DNA of 64,000 nt from Eledone cirrhosa (GCA_964016885.1 OZ024744.1:124000001-124064000), one strand, 5' to 3'; positions 14,401 to 31,000 are shown, numbered from the stretch's first letter. The notes: generated from the letters alone by a model not told the origin. Numbers and translations: made by a program.

Positions 14401-17400
14401 CTGTAATAACCTGTCCAACCCATGTATGTAGGACAATAGTCTGTATTAACTTGTCTCGCCCTTGACATATAGGACAATAGTCTGTAATAACTTGTCCAAC
14501 CCATGACAGATAGGACAATAGTCTGTAATAACTTGGCCAACCCTTGACAGGTAGGACAATAGTCTGTAATAACTTATCCAACCCATGACAGGTAGGACAA
14601 TAGTCTGTAATAACTTGTCCAACCCATGACAGGTAGGACAATAGTCTGTAATAACTTGTCCAACCCATGTATATAGGACAATAGTCTGTAATAACTTGTC
14701 CAACCCATGTATGTAGGACAATAGTCTGTAATAACTTGTCCAACCCATGTATGTAGGACAATAGTCTGTAATAACTTGTCCAACCCATGACAGGTAGGAC
14801 AATAATCTGTAATAACTTGTCCAACCCATGACAGGTAGGACAATAGTCTGTAATAACTTGTCCAACCCATGACAGGTAGGACAATAGTCTGTAATAACTT
14901 GTCCAACCCATGTATGTAGGACAATAGTCTGTAATAACTTGTCCAACCCATGTATGGAGGACAATAGTCTGTAATAACTTGTCTCGCCCATGACAGGTAG
15001 GACAATAGTCTGTAATAACCTGTCCAACCCATGTATGTAGGACAATAGTCTGTAATAACTTGTCCAACCCATGACAGGTAGGACAATAGTCTGTAATAAC
15101 TTGTCCAACCCATGTATGTAGGACAATAGTCTGTAATAACTTGTCCAACCCATGTATGGAGGACAATAGTCTGTAATAACTTGTCCAACCCATGTATGTA
15201 GGATAATAGTCTGTAATGACTTGTCCAACCAATGACAGGTAGGGCAATAGTCTGTAATAACTTGTCCAACCCATGACAGGTAGGACAATAGTCTGTAATA
15301 ACTTGTCCAACCCATGACAGGTAGGACGATAGTCTGTAATAACTTGTCCAACCCATGTATGTAGGACAATAGTCTGTAATAACTTGTCCAACCCATGTAT
15401 GGAGGACAATAGTCTGTAATAACTTGTCCAGCCCATGTATGTAGGATAATAGTCTGTAATAACTTGTCCAACCAATGACAGGTAGGGCAATAGTCTGTAA
15501 TAACTTGTCCAACCCATGTATGTAGGACAATAGTCTGTAATAACTTGTTCAACCCATGTATGTAGGACAATAGTCTGTAATAACTTGTGTCGCCCTTGAC
15601 ATGTAGGACAATAGTCTGTAATAACTTGTCCAACCCATGACAGATGGGACAATAGTCTGTAATAACTTGTCCAACCCTTGACAGGTAGGACAATAGTCTG
15701 TAATAACTTGTCCAACCCATGACAGGTAGGACAATAGTCTGTAATAACTTGTCCAACCCATGACAGGTAGGACAATAGTCTGTAATAACTTGTCCAACCC
15801 ATGACATGTAGGACAAAGTCTGTAATAACTTGTCCAACCCATGTATGTAGGACAAAGTCTGTAATAACTTGTCCAACCCATGACAGGTAGGACAATAGTC
15901 TGTAATAACTTGTCCAACCCATGACAGGTAGGATAATAGTCTGTAATAACTTGTCCAACCCATGACAGGTAGGACAATAGTCTGTAATAACTTGTCCAAC
16001 CCATGTATGTAGAACAATAGTCTGTAATAACTTGTCCAACCCATGACAGGTAGGACTATAGTCTGTAATAACTTGTCCAACCCATGACAGGTAGGACACT
16101 AGTCTGTAATAGCTTGTGCAACCCATGACAGGTAAGACACTAGTCTGTAATAACTTATCCAACCCATGATAGGTAGGACAATAGTCTGTAATAACTTGTC
16201 CAACCCATGACAGGTAAGACAATAGTCTGTAATAACTTGTTCAACCTATGCCAGGTAGGACAATAGTCTGTAATAACTTGTCCAACCCATGACAGGTAAG
16301 ACAATAGTCTGTAATAACTTGTCCAACCCATGACAGGTAGGAAATAGTCTGTAATAACTTGCCAACCCATCTATATAGGACAATAGTCTGTAATAACTTG
16401 TCCAGCCCATGACAGGTAGGACAATAGTCTGTAATAACTTGTCCAACCCATGACAGGTAGGGCAATAGTCTGTAATAACTTGTCCAACCCATGACAGGTA
16501 GGGCAATAGTCTGTAATAACTTGTCCAACCCATGACAGGTAGGGCAATAGTCTGTAATAACTTATCCAACCCATGTATGTAGGACAATAGTCTGTAATAA
16601 CTTGTCTCGCCCTTGACATGTAGGACAATAGTCTGTAATAACTTGTCCAACCCATGACAGATAGGACAATAGTCTGTAATAACTTTTCCAACCCTTGACA
16701 GGTAGGACAATAGTCTGTAATAACTTGTCCAACCCATGACAGGTAGGACAATAGTCTGTAATAACTTGTCCAACCCATGACAGGTAGGACAATAGTCTGT
16801 AATAACTTGTCCAACCCATGTATGTAGGACAATAGTTTGTAATAACTTGTCCAACCCATGTATGGAGGACAATAGTCTGTAATAACTTGTCCAACCCATG
16901 TATGTAGGATAATAGTCTGTAATAACTTGTCCAACCAATGACAGGTAGGGCAATAGTCTGTAATAACTTGTCCAACCCATGTATGTAGGACAATAGTCTG
17001 TAATAACTTGTCCAACCCATGTATGTAGGACAAAGTCTGTAATAACTTGTCCAACCCATGACAGGTAGGATAATAGTCTGTAATAACTTGTCCAACCCAT
17101 GACAGGTAGGACAATAGTCTGTAATAACTTGTCCAACCCATGTATGTAGAACAATAGTCTGTAATAACTTGTCGAACTCATGACAGGTAGGACAATAGTC
17201 TGTAATAACTTGTCCAACCAATGACAGGTAAGACAATAGTCTGTAATAACTTGTCCAACCCATGCCAGGTAGGACAATAGTCTGTAATAACTTGTCCAAC
17301 CCATGTATATAGGACAATAGTCTGTAATAACTTGTCCAACCCATGTATGCAGGACAATAGTCTGTAATAACTTGTCCATCCCATGACAGGTAGGACAATA

Positions 17401-17699
17401 GTCTGTAATAACTTGTCCAACCCATGTATGTAGGACAATAGTCTGTAATAACTTGTCCAACCCATGTATGGAGGACAATAGTCTGTAATAACTTGTCTCG
17501 CCCATGACAGGTAGGACAATAGTCTGTAATAACCTGTCCAACCCATGTATGTAGGACAATAGTCTGTATTAACTTGTCTCGCCCTTGACATATAGGACAA
17601 TAGTCTGTAATAACTTGTCCAACCCATGACAGATAGGACAATAGTCTGTAATAACTTGGCCAACCCTTGACAGGTAGGACAATAGTCTGTAATAACTTG
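11454..17699. repeat. Tandem higher-order duplication, period 3123 bp, followed by a rearranged partial third copy to ~19340
   Basis: ORFs with matching translations are offset by 3123 (12426/15549, 13032/16155, 13123/16246, 13248/16371). Rare markers recur at the same offset (TGTGTCGCCCTT, GATGGGAC, TTGTGCAAC, TATGCAGG, TTGGCCAAC). A third copy of several markers is offset by a further 2798 (16155/18953). Confidence 0.93.
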
Positions 17700-19342
17700 T
17701 CCAACCCATGACAGGTAGGACAATAGTCTGTAATAACTTGTCCAACCCATGACAGGTAGGACAATAGTCTGTAATAACTTGTCCAACCCATGTATGTAGG
17801 ACAATAGTCTGTAATAACTTGTCCAACCCATGTATGGAGGACAATAGTCTGTAATAACTTGTCCAACCCATGTATGTAGGATAATAGTCTGTAATGACTT
17901 GTCCAACCAATGACAGGTAGGGCAATAGTCTGTAATAACTTGTCCAACCCATGACAGGTAGGACAATAGTCTGTAATAACTTGTCCAACCCATGACAGGT
18001 AGGACGATAGTCTGTAATAACTTGTCCAACCCATGTATGTAGGACAATAGTCTGTAATAACTTGTCCAACCCATGTATGGAGGACAATAGTCTGTAATAA
18101 CTTGTCCAGCCCATGTATGTAGGATAATAGTCTGTAGTAACTTGTCCAACCAATGACAGGTAGGGCAATAGTCTGTAATAACTTGTCCAACCCATGTACG
18201 TAGGACAATAGTCTGTAATAACTTGTTCAACCCATATATGTAGGACAATAGTCTGTAATAACTTGTGTCGCCCTTGACATGTAGGACAATAGTCTGTAAT
18301 AACTTGTCCAACTCATGACAGATAGGACAATAGTCTGTAATAACTTGTCCAACCCTTGACAGGTAGGACAATAGTCTGTAATAACTTGTCCAACCCATGA
18401 CAGGTAGGACAATAGTCTGTAATAACTTGTCCAACCCATGACAGGTAGGACAATAGTCTGTAATAACTTGTCCAACCCATGTATGTAGGACAATAGTCTG
18501 TAATAACTTGTCCAACCCATGTATGGAGGACAATAGTCTGTAATAACTTGTCCAACCCATGTATGTAGGATAATAGTCTGTAATAACTTGTCCAACCCAT
18601 GACATGTAGGACAAAGTCTGTAATAACTTGTCCAACCCATGTATGTAGGACAAAGTCTGTAATAACTTGTCCAACCCATGACAGGTAGGACAATAGTCTG
18701 TAATAACTTGTCCAACCCATGACAGGTAGGATAATAGTCTGTAATAACTTGTCCAACCCATGACAGGTAGGACAATAGTCTGTAATAACTTGTCCAACCC
18801 ATGTATGTAGAACAATAGTCTGTAATAACTTGTCCAACCCATGACAGGTAGGACTATAGTCTGTAATAACTTGTCCAACCCATGACAGGTAGGACACTAG
18901 TCTGTAATAGCTTGTGCAACCCATGACAGGTAAGACACTAGTCTGTAATAACTTATCCAACCCATGATAGGTAGGACAATAGTCTGTAATAACTTGTCCA
19001 ACCCATGACAGGTAAGACAATAGTCTGTAATAACTTGTTCAACCTATGCCAGGTAGGACAATAGTCTGTAATAACTTGTCCAACCCATGACAGGTAAGAC
19101 AATAGTCTGTAATAACTTGTCCAACCCATGACAGGTAGGAAATAGTCTGTAATAACTTGCCAACCCATCTATATAGGACAATAGTCTGTAATAACTTGTC
19201 CAGCCCATGACAGGTAGGACAATAGTCTGTAATAACTTGTCCAACCCATGACAGGTAGGGCAATAGTCTGTAATAACTTGTCCAACCCATGACAGGTAGG
19301 GCAATAGTCTGTAATAACTTGTCCAACCCATGACAGGTAGGG

Positions 19343-22300
19343 CAATAGTCTGTAATAACTTGTCCAACCCATGTATGTAGGACAATAGTCTGTAATAACT
19401 TGTCTCGCCCTTGACATGTAGGACAATAGTCTGTAATAACTTGTCCAACCCATGACAGATAGGACAATAGTCTGTAATAACTTTTCCAACCCTTGACAGG
19501 TAGGACAATAGTCTGTAATAACTTGTCCAACCCATGACAGGTAGGACAATAGTCTGTAATAACTTGTCCAACCCATGACAGGTAGGACAATAGTCTGTAA
19601 TAACTTGTCCAACCCATGACAGGTAGGACAATAGTCTGTAATAACTTGTCCAACCCATGTATGTAGGACAATAGTCTGTAATAACTTGTCCAACCGATGT
19701 ATGGAGGACAATAGTCTGTAATAACTTGTCCAACCCATGTATGTAGGATAATAGTCTGTAATAACTTGTCCAACCAATGACAGGTAGGGCAATAGTCTGT
19801 AATAACTTGTCCAACCCATGTATGTAGGACAATAGTCTGTAATAACTTGTCCAACCCATGTATGTAGGACAAAGTCTGTAATAACTTGTCCAACCCATGA
19901 CAGGTAGGATAATAGTCTGTAATAACTTGTCCAACCCATGACAGGTAGGACAATAGTCTGTAATAACTTGTCCAACCCATGTATGTAGAACAATAGTCTG
20001 TAATAACTTGTCGAACCCATGACAGGTAGGACAATAGTCTGTAATAACTTGTCCAACCAATGACAGGTAAGACAATAGTCTGTAATAACTTGTCCAACCC
20101 ATGCCAGGTAGGACAATAGTCTGTAATAACTTGTCCAACCCATGTATATAGGACAATAGTCTGTAATAACTTGTCCAACCCATGTATGTAGGGCAATAGT
20201 CTGTAATAACTTGTCCAACCCATGACAGGTAGGACAATAGTCTGTAATAACTTGTCCAACCCATGACAGGTAGGACAATAGTCTGTAATAACTCGTCCAA
20301 CCCATGTATATAGGACAATAGTCTGTAATAACTTGTCCAACCCATGTATGTAGGACAATAGTCTGTAATAACTTGTCCAACCCATGACAGGTAGGACAAT
20401 AGTCTGTAATAACTTGTCCAACCCATGTATGTAGGACAATAGTCTGTAATAACTTGTCCAACCCATGACAGGTAGGACTATAGTCTGTAATAACTTGTCC
20501 AACCCATGACACGTAGGACAATAGTCTGTAATAGCTTGTCCAACCCATGACAGGTAAGACAATAGTCTGTAATAACTTATCCAACCCATGACAGGTAGGA
20601 CAATAGTCTGTAATAACTTGTCCAACCCATGACAGGTAAGACAATAGTCTGTAATAACTTGTACAACCCATGCCAGGTAGGACAATAGTCTGTAATAACT
20701 TGTCCAACCCATGACAGGTAAGACAATAGTCTGTAATAACTTGTCCAACCCATGACAGGTAGGACAATAGTCTGTAATAACTTGTCCAACCCATGACAGG
20801 TAGGAAATAGTCTGTAATAACTTGTCCAACCCCTGTATATAGGACAATAGTCTGTAATAACTTGTCCAGCCCATGACAGGTAGGACAATAGTCTGTAATA
20901 ACTTGTCCAACCCATGCCAGGTAGGACAAAGTCTGTAAACACTTGTCCAACCCATGACAGGTAGGGCAATAGTCTGTAATAACTTGTCCAACCCTTGACA
21001 GGTAGGACAATAGTCTGTAATAACTTGTCCAACCCATGTATGTAGGACAATAGTCTGTAATAACTTGTCCAACCCATGTATGTAGGACAATAGTCTGTAA
21101 TAACTTGTCCAACCCATGTATGTAGGACAATAGTCTGTAATAACTTGTCCAACCCATGACAGGTAAGACAATAGTCTGTAATAACTTGTCCAACCCATGA
21201 CAGGTAGGAAATAGTCTGTAATAACTTGCCAACCCATCTATATAGGACAATAGTCTGTAATAACTTGTCCAGCCCATGACAGGTAGGACAATAGTCTGTA
21301 ATAACTTGTCCAACCCATGACAGGTAGGGCAATAGTCTGTAATAACTTGTCCAACCCATGACAGGTAGGGCAATAGTCTGTAATAACTTGTCCAACCCAT
21401 GACAGGTAGGGCAATAGTCTGTAATAACTTGTCCAACCCATGTATGTAGGACAATAGTCTGTAATAACTTGTCTCGCCCTTGACATGTAGGACAATAGTC
21501 TGTAATAACTTGTCCAACCCATGACAGATAGGACAATAGTCTGTAATAACTTTTCCAACCCTTGACAGGTAGGACAATAGTCTGTAATAACTTGTCCAAC
21601 CCATGACAGGTAGGACAATAGTCTGTAATAACTTGTCCAACCCATGACAGGTAGGACAATAGTCTGTAATAACTTGTCCAACCCATGTATGTAGGACAAT
21701 AGTCTGTAATAACTTGTCCAACCCATGTATGGAGGACAATAGTCTGTAATAACTTGTCCAACCCATGTATGTAGGATAATAGTCTGTAATAACTTGTCCA
21801 ACCAATGACAGGTAGGGCAATAGTCTGTAATAACTTGTCCAACCCATGTATATAGGACAATAGTCTGTAATAACTTGTCCAACCCATGTATGTAGGACAA
21901 AGTCTGTAATAACTTGTCCAACCCATGACAGGTAGGATAATAGTCTGTAATAACTTGTCCAACCCATGACAGGTAGGACAATAGTCTGTAATAACTTGTC
22001 CAACCCATGTATGTAGAACAATAGTCTGTAATAACTTGTCGAACCCATGACAGGTAGGACAATAGTCTGTAATAACTTGTCCAACCAATGACAGGTAAGA
22101 CAATAGTCTGTAATAACTTGTCCAACCCATGCCAGGTAGGACAATAGTCTGTAATAACTTGTCCAACCCATGTATATAGGACAATAGTCTGTAATAACTT
22201 GTCCAACCCATGTATGTAGGACAATAGTCTGTAATAACTTGTCCAACCCATGACAGGTAGGACAATAGTCTGTAATAACTTGTCCAACCCATGACAGGTA

Positions 22301-25300
22301 GGACAATAGTCTGTAATAACTCGTCCAACCCATGTATATAGGACAATAGTCTGTAATAACTTGTCCAACCCATGTATGTAGGACAATAGTCTGTAATAAC
22401 TTGTCCAACCCATGACAGGTAGGACAATAGTCTGTAATAACTTGTCCAACCCATGTATGTAGAACAATAGTCTGTAATAACTTGTCGAACCCATGACAGG
22501 TAGGACAATAGTCTGTAATAACTTGTCCAACCAATGACAGGTAAGACAATAGTCTGTAATAACTTGTCCAACCCATGCCAGGTAGGACAATAGTCTGTAA
22601 TAACTTGTCCAACCCATGTATATAGGACAATAGTCTGTAATAACTTGTCCAACCCATGTATGTAGGACAATAGTCTGTAATAACTTGTCCAACCCATGAC
22701 AGGTAGGACAATAGTCTGTAATAACTTGTCCAACCCATGACAGGTAGGACAATAGTCTGTAATAACTCGTCCAACCCATGTATATAGGACAATAGTCTGT
22801 AATAACTTGTCCAACCCATGTATGTAGGACAATAGTCTGTAATAACTTGTCCAACCCATGACAGGTAGGACTATAGTCTGTAATAACTTGTCCAACCCAT
22901 GACACGTAGGACAATAGTCTGTAATAGCTTGTCCAACCCATGACAGGTAAGACAATAGTCTGTAATAACTTATCCAACCCATGACAGGTAGGACAATAGT
23001 CTGTAATAACTTGTCCAACCCATGACAGGTAAGACAATAGTCTGTAATAACTTGTACAACCCATGCCAGGTAGGACAATAGTCTGTAATAACTTGTCCAA
23101 CCCATGACAGGTAAGACAATAGTCTGTAATAACTTGTCCAACCCATGACAGGTAGGACAATAGTCTGTAATAACTTGTCCAACCCATGACAGGTAGGAAA
23201 TAGTCTGTAATAACTTGTCCAACCCCTGTATATAGGACAATAGTCTGTAATAACTTGTCCAGCCCATGACAGGTAGGACAATAGTCTGTAATAACTTGTC
23301 CAACCCATGCTAGGTAGGACAAAGTCTGTAAACACTTGTCCAACCCATGACAGGTAGGGCAATAGTCTGTAATAACTTGTCCAACCCTTGACAGGTAGGA
23401 CAATAGTCTGTAATAACTTGTCCAACCCATGTATGTAGGACAATAGTCTGTAATAACTTGTCCAACCCATGTATGTAGGACAATAGTCTGTAATAACTTG
23501 TCCAACCCATGTATGTAGGACAATAGTCTGTAATAACTTGTCCAACCCATGACAGGTAGGACAATAGTCTGTAATAACTTGTCCAACCTATGTATGTAGG
23601 ACAATAGTCTGTAATAACTTGTCCAACCCATGTATGTAGGACAATAGTCTGTAATAACTTGTCCCACCCATGACAGGTAGGACAATAGTCTGTAATAACT
23701 TGTCCAACCCATGTATGTAGGACAATAGTCTGTAATAACTTGTCTCGCCCTTGACATGTAGGACAATAGTCTGTAATAACTTGTCCAACCCATGACAGAT
23801 AGGACAATAGTCTGTAATAACTTTTCCAACCCTTGACAGGTAGGACAATAGTCTGTAATAACTTGTCCAACCCATGACAGGTAGGACAATAGTCTGTAAT
23901 AACTTGTCCAACCCATGACAGGTAGGACAATAGTCTGTAATAACTTGTCCAACCCATGACAGGTAGGACAATAGTCTGTAATAACTTGTCCAACCCATGT
24001 ATGTAGGACAATAGTCTGTAATAACTTGTCCAACCGATGTATGGAGGACAATAGTCTGTAATAACTTGTCCAACCCATGTATGTAGGATAATAGTCTGTA
24101 ATAACTTGTCCAACCAATGACAGGTAGGGCAATAGTCTGTAATAACTTGTCCAACCCATGTATGTAGGACAATAGTCTGTAATAACTTGTCCAACCCATG
24201 TATGTAGGACAAAGTCTGTAATAACTTGTCCAACCCATGACAGGTAGGATAATAGTCTGTAATAACTTGTCCAACCCATGACAGGTAGGACAATAGTCTG
24301 TAATAACTTGTCCAACCCATGTATGTAGAACAATAGTCTGTAATAACTTGTCGAACCCATGACAGGTAGGACAATAGTCTGTAATAACTTGTCCAACCAA
24401 TGACAGGTAAGACAATAGTCTGTAATAACTTGTCCAACCCATGCCAGGTAGGACAATAGTCTGTAATAACTTGTCCAACCCATGTATATAGGACAATAGT
24501 CTGTAATAACTTGTCCAACCCATGTATGTAGGGCAATAGTCTGTAATAACTTGTCCAACCCATGACAGGTAGGACAATAGTCTGTAATAACTTGTCCAAC
24601 CCATGACAGGTAGGACAATAGTCTGTAATAACTCGTCCAACCCATGTATATAGGACAATAGTCTGTAATAACTTGTCCAACCCATGTATGTAGGACAATA
24701 GTCTGTAATAACTTGTCCAACCCATGACAGGTAGGACAATAGTCTGTAATAACTTGTCCAACCCATGTATGTAGGACAATAGTCTGTAATAACTTGTCCA
24801 ACCCATGACAGGTAGGACTATAGTCTGTAATAACTTGTCCAACCCATGACACGTAGGACAATAGTCTGTAATAGCTTGTCCAACCCATGACAGGTAAGAC
24901 AATAGTCTGTAATAACTTATCCAACCCATGACAGGTAGGACAATAGTCTGTAATAACTTGTCCAACCCATGACAGGTAAGACAATAGTCTGTAATAACTT
25001 GTACAACCCATGCCAGGTAGGACAATAGTCTGTAATAACTTGTCCAACCCATGACAGGTAAGACAATAGTCTGTAATAACTTGTCCAACCCATGACAGGT
25101 AGGACAATAGTCTGTAATAACTTGTCCAACCCATGACAGGTAGGAAATAGTCTGTAATAACTTGTCCAACCCCTGTATATAGGACAATAGTCTGTAATAA
25201 CTTGTCCAGCCCATGACAGGTAGGACAATAGTCTGTAATAACTTGTCCAACCCATGCCAGGTAGGACAAAGTCTGTAAACACTTGTCCAACCCATGACAG

Positions 25301-28084
25301 GTAGGGCAATAGTCTGTAATAACTTGTCCAACCCTTGACAGGTAGGACAATAGTCTGTAATAACTTGTCCAACCCATGTATGTAGGACAATAGTCTGTAA
25401 TAACTTGTCCAACCCATGTATGTAGGACAATAGTCTGTAATAACTTGTCCAACCCATGTATGTAGGACAATAGTCTGTAATAACTTGTCCAACCCATGAC
25501 AGGTAAGACAATAGTCTGTAATAACTTGTCCAACCCATGACAGGTAGGAAATAGTCTGTAATAACTTGCCAACCCATCTATATAGGACAATAGTCTGTAA
25601 TAACTTGTCCAGCCCATGACAGGTAGGACAATAGTCTGTAATAACTTGTCCAACCCATGACAGGTAGGGCAATAGTCTGTAATAACTTGTCCAACCCATG
25701 ACAGGTAGGGCAATAGTCTGTAATAACTTGTCCAACCCATGACAGGTAGGGCAATAGTCTGTAATAACTTGTCCAACCCATGTATGTAGGACAATAGTCT
25801 GTAATAACTTGTCTCGCCCTTGACATGTAGGACAATAGTCTGTAATAACTTGTCCAACCCATGACAGATAGGACAATAGTCTGTAATAACTTTTCCAACC
25901 CTTGACAGGTAGGACAATAGTCTGTAATAACTTGTCCAACCCATGACAGGTAGGACAATAGTCTGTAATAACTTGTCCAACCCATGACAGGTAGGACAAT
26001 AGTCTGTAATAACTTGTCCAACCCATGTATGTAGGACAATAGTCTGTAATAACTTGTCCAACCCATGTATGGAGGACAATAGTCTGTAATAACTTGTCCA
26101 ACCCATGTATGTAGGATAATAGTCTGTAATAACTTGTCCAACCAATGACAGGTAGGGCAATAGTCTGTAATAACTTGTCCAACCCATGTATGTAGGACAA
26201 TAGTCTGTAATAACTTGTCCAACCCATGTATGTAGGACAAAGTCTGTAATAACTTGTCCAACCCATGACAGGTAGGATAATAGTCTGTAATAACTTGTCC
26301 AACCCATGACAGGTAGGACAATAGTCTGTAATAACTTGTCCAACCCATGTATGTAGAACAATAGTCTGTAATAACTTGTCGAACCCATGACAGGTAGGAC
26401 AATAGTCTGTAATAACTTGTCCAACCAATGACAGGTAAGACAATAGTCTGTAATAACTTGTCCAACCCATGCCAGGTAGGACAATAGTCTGTAATAACTT
26501 GTCCAACCCATGTATATAGGACAATAGTCTGTAATAACTTGTCCAACCCATGTATGTAGGACAATAGTCTGTAATAACTTGTCCAACCCATGACAGGTAG
26601 GACAATAGTCTGTAATAACTTGTCCAACCCATGACAGGTAGGACAATAGTCTGTAATAACTCGTCCAACCCATGTATATAGGACAATAGTCTGTAATAAC
26701 TTGTCCAACCCATGTATGTAGGACAATAGTCTGTAATAACTTGTCCAACCCATGACAGGTAGGACAATAGTCTGTAATAACTTGTCCAACCCATGTATGT
26801 AGAACAATAGTCTGTAATAACTTGTCGAACCCATGACAGGTAGGACAATAGTCTGTAATAACTTGTCCAACCAATGACAGGTAAGACAATAGTCTGTAAT
26901 AACTTGTCCAACCCATGCCAGGTAGGACAATAGTCTGTAATAACTTGTCCAACCCATGTATATAGGACAATAGTCTGTAATAACTTGTCCAACCCATGTA
27001 TGTAGGACAATAGTCTGTAATAACTTGTCCAACCCATGACAGGTAGGACAATAGTCTGTAATAACTTGTCCAACCCATGACAGGTAGGACAATAGTCTGT
27101 AATAACTCGTCCAACCCATGTATATAGGACAATAGTCTGTAATAACTTGTCCAACCCATGTATGTAGGACAATAGTCTGTAATAACTTGTCCAACCCATG
27201 ACAGGTAGGACTATAGTCTGTAATAACTTGTCCAACCCATGACACGTAGGACAATAGTCTGTAATAGCTTGTCCAACCCATGACAGGTAAGACAATAGTC
27301 TGTAATAACTTATCCAACCCATGACAGGTAGGACAATAGTCTGTAATAACTTGTCCAACCCATGACAGGTAAGACAATAGTCTGTAATAACTTGTACAAC
27401 CCATGCCAGGTAGGACAATAGTCTGTAATAACTTGTCCAACCCATGACAGGTAAGACAATAGTCTGTAATAACTTGTCCAACCCATGACAGGTAGGACAA
27501 TAGTCTGTAATAACTTGTCCAACCCATGACAGGTAGGAAATAGTCTGTAATAACTTGTCCAACCCCTGTATATAGGACAATAGTCTGTAATAACTTGTCC
27601 AGCCCATGACAGGTAGGACAATAGTCTGTAATAACTTGTCCAACCCATGCTAGGTAGGACAAAGTCTGTAAACACTTGTCCAACCCATGACAGGTAGGGC
27701 AATAGTCTGTAATAACTTGTCCAACCCTTGACAGGTAGGACAATAGTCTGTAATAACTTGTCCAACCCATGTATGTAGGACAATAGTCTGTAATAACTTG
27801 TCCAACCCATGTATGTAGGACAATAGTCTGTAATAACTTGTCCAACCCATGTATGTAGGACAATAGTCTGCAATAACTTGTCCAACCCATGACAGGTAGG
27901 ACAATAGTCTGTAATAACTTGTCCAACCTATGTATGTAGGACAATAGTCTGTAATAACTTGTCCAACCCATGTATGTAGGACAATAGTCTGTAATAACTT
28001 GTCCCACCCATGACAGGTAGGACAATAGTCTGTAATAACTTGTCCAACCCATGTATGTAGGACAATAGTCTGTAATAACTTGTC
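19343..28084. repeat. Tandem higher-order duplication, period 4340 bp, with internal ~2069-bp and 446-bp (11-monomer) sub-duplications
   Basis: ORFs are offset by 4340 (20577/24917, 22970/27310), and 19361 matches 23701. Only two SNPs were noticed (21852/26192, 23531/27871). Internal offsets are 19169/21238 and GTCGAAC at 22041/22487. Confidence 0.93.
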
Positions 28085-31000
28085 CAACCCATGACAGGTA
28101 GGACAATAGTCTGTAATAACTTGTCCAACCCATGACAGCTAGGACAATAGTCTGTAATAACTTGTCCAACCCATGTATGTAGGACTATAGTCAGTAATAA
28201 CTTGTCCAACCCATGACAGGTAGGACAATAGTCTGTAATAACTTGTCCAATCCATGACAGGTAGGACAATAGTCTGTAATACCTTGTCCAACCAATGACA
28301 GGTAGGACAATAGTTTGTAATAACTTGTCCAACCAACGACAGGTAGGACAATAGTCTGTAATAACTTGTTCAACCCATGTATGTAGGACAATAGTCTGTA
28401 ATAACTTGTCCAACCCATGACAGGTAAGAGAATAGTCTGTAATAACTTGTCCAACCCATGTATGTAGGTCAATAGCCTGTAATAACTTGTCCAACCCATG
28501 GCAGGTAGGACAATAGTCTGTAATAAATTGTCCAACCCATGACAGGTAGGACAATAGTCTGTAATAACTTGTCCAACCCATGACAGGTAGGACAATAGTC
28601 TGTAATAACTCGTCCAACCCATGTATGTAGGACAATAGTCTGTAATAACTTGTCCAACCCATGACAGGTAAGACAATATTCTGTAATAACTTGTCCAACC
28701 CATGTATGTAGGACAATAGTCTGTAATAACTTGTCCCACCCATGACAGGTAGGACAATAGTCTGTAATAACTTGTCCAACCAATGACAGGTAAGACAATA
28801 GTCTGTAATAACTTGTCCAACCCATGCCAGGTAGGACAATAGTCTGTAATAACTCGTCCAACCCATGTATATAGGACAATAGTCTGTAAAAACTTGTCCA
28901 ACACATGTATGTAGGACAATAGTCTGTAATAACTTGTCCAACCCATGACAGGTAGGACAATAGTCTGTAATAACTTGTCCAACCCATGACAGGTAGGACA
29001 ATAGTCTGTAATAACTCGTCCAACCCATGTATATAGGACAATAGTCTGTAATAACTTGTCCAACCCATGTATGTAGGACAATAGTCTGTAATAACTTGTC
29101 CAACCCATGACAGGTAGGACAATAGTCTGTAATAACTTGTCCAACCCATGTATGTAGGACAATAGTCTGTAATAACTTGTCCAACCCATGACAGGTAGGA
29201 CTATAGTCTGTAATAACTTGTCCAACCCATGACACGTAGGACAATAGTCTGTAATAGCTTGTCCAACCCATGACAGGTAAGACAATAGTCTGTAATAACT
29301 TATCCAACCCATGACAGGTAGGACAATAGTCTGTAATAACTTGTCCAACCCATGACAGGTAAGACAATAGTCTGTAATAACTTGTACAACCCATGCCAGG
29401 TAGGACAATAGTCTGTAATAACTTGTCCAACCCATGACAGGTAAGACAATAGTCTGTAATAACTTGTCCAACCCATGACAGGTAGGACAATAGTCTGTAA
29501 TAACTTGTCCAACCCATGACAGGTAGGAAATAGTCTGTAATAACTTGTCCAACCCCTGTATATAGGACAATAGTCTGTAATAACTTGTCCAGCCCATGAC
29601 AGGTAGGACAATAGTCTGTAATAACTTGTCCAACCCATGCCAGGTAGGACAAAGTCTGTAAACACTTGTCCAACCCATGACAGGTAGGACAATAGTCTGT
29701 AATAACTTGTCCAACCCATGTATGTAGGTCAATAGCCTGTAATAACTTGTCCAACCCATGGCAGGTAGGACAATAGTCTGTAATAAATTGTCCAACCCAT
29801 GACAGGTAGGACAATAGTCTGTAATAACTTGTCCAACCCATGACAGGTAGGACAATAGTCTGTAATAACTCGTCCAACCCATGTATGTAGGACAATAGTC
29901 TGTAATAACTTGTCCAACCCATGACAGGTAAGACAATATTCTGTAATAACTTGTCCAACCCATGTATGTAGGACAATAGTCTGTAATAACTTGTCCCACC
30001 CATGACAGGTAGGACAATAGTCTGTAATAACTTGTCCAACCAATGACAGGTAAGACAATAGTCTGTAATAACTTGTCCAACCCATGCCAGGTAGGACAAT
30101 AGTCTGTAATAACTCGTCCAACCCATGTATATAGGACAATAGTCTGTAATAACTTGTCCAACCCATGTATGTAGGACAATAGTCTGTAATAACTTGTCCA
30201 ACCCATGACAGGTAGGACAATAGTCTGTAATAACTTGTCCAACCCATGACAGGTAGGACAATAGTCTGTAATAACTCGTCCAACCCATGTATATAGGAAA
30301 ATAGTCTGTAATAACTTGTCCAACCGATGTATGTAGGACAATAGTCTGTAATAACTTGTCCAACCCATGACAGGTAGGACAGTAGTCTGTAATAACTTGT
30401 CCAACCCATGTCTGTAGGACAATAGTCTGTAATAACTTGTCCAACCCATGACAGGTAGGACTATAGTCTGTAATAACTTGTCCAACCCATGACAGGTAGG
30501 ACAATAGTCTGTAATAGCTTGTCCAACCCATGACAGGTAAGACAATATCTGTAATAACTTATCCAACCCATGACAGGTAGGACAATAGTCTGTAATAACT
30601 TGTCCAACCCATGACAGGTAAGACAATAGTCTGTAATAACTTGTCCAACCCATGCCAGGTAGGACAATAGTCTGTAATAACTTGTCCAACCCATGACAGG
30701 TAAGACAATAGTCTGTAATAACTTGTCCAACCCATGACAGGTAGGAAATAGTCTGTAATAACTTGTCCAACCCATCTATATAGGACAATAGTCTGTAATA
30801 ACTTGTCCAGCCCATGACAGGTAGGACAATAGTCTGTAATAACTTGTCCAACCCATGACAGGTAGGGCAATAGTCTGTAATAACTTGTCCAACCCATGAC
30901 AGGTAGGGCAATAGTCTGTAATAACTTGTCCAACCCATGACAGGTAGGGCAATAGTCTGTAATAACTTGTCCAACCCATGTATGTAGGACAATAGTCTGT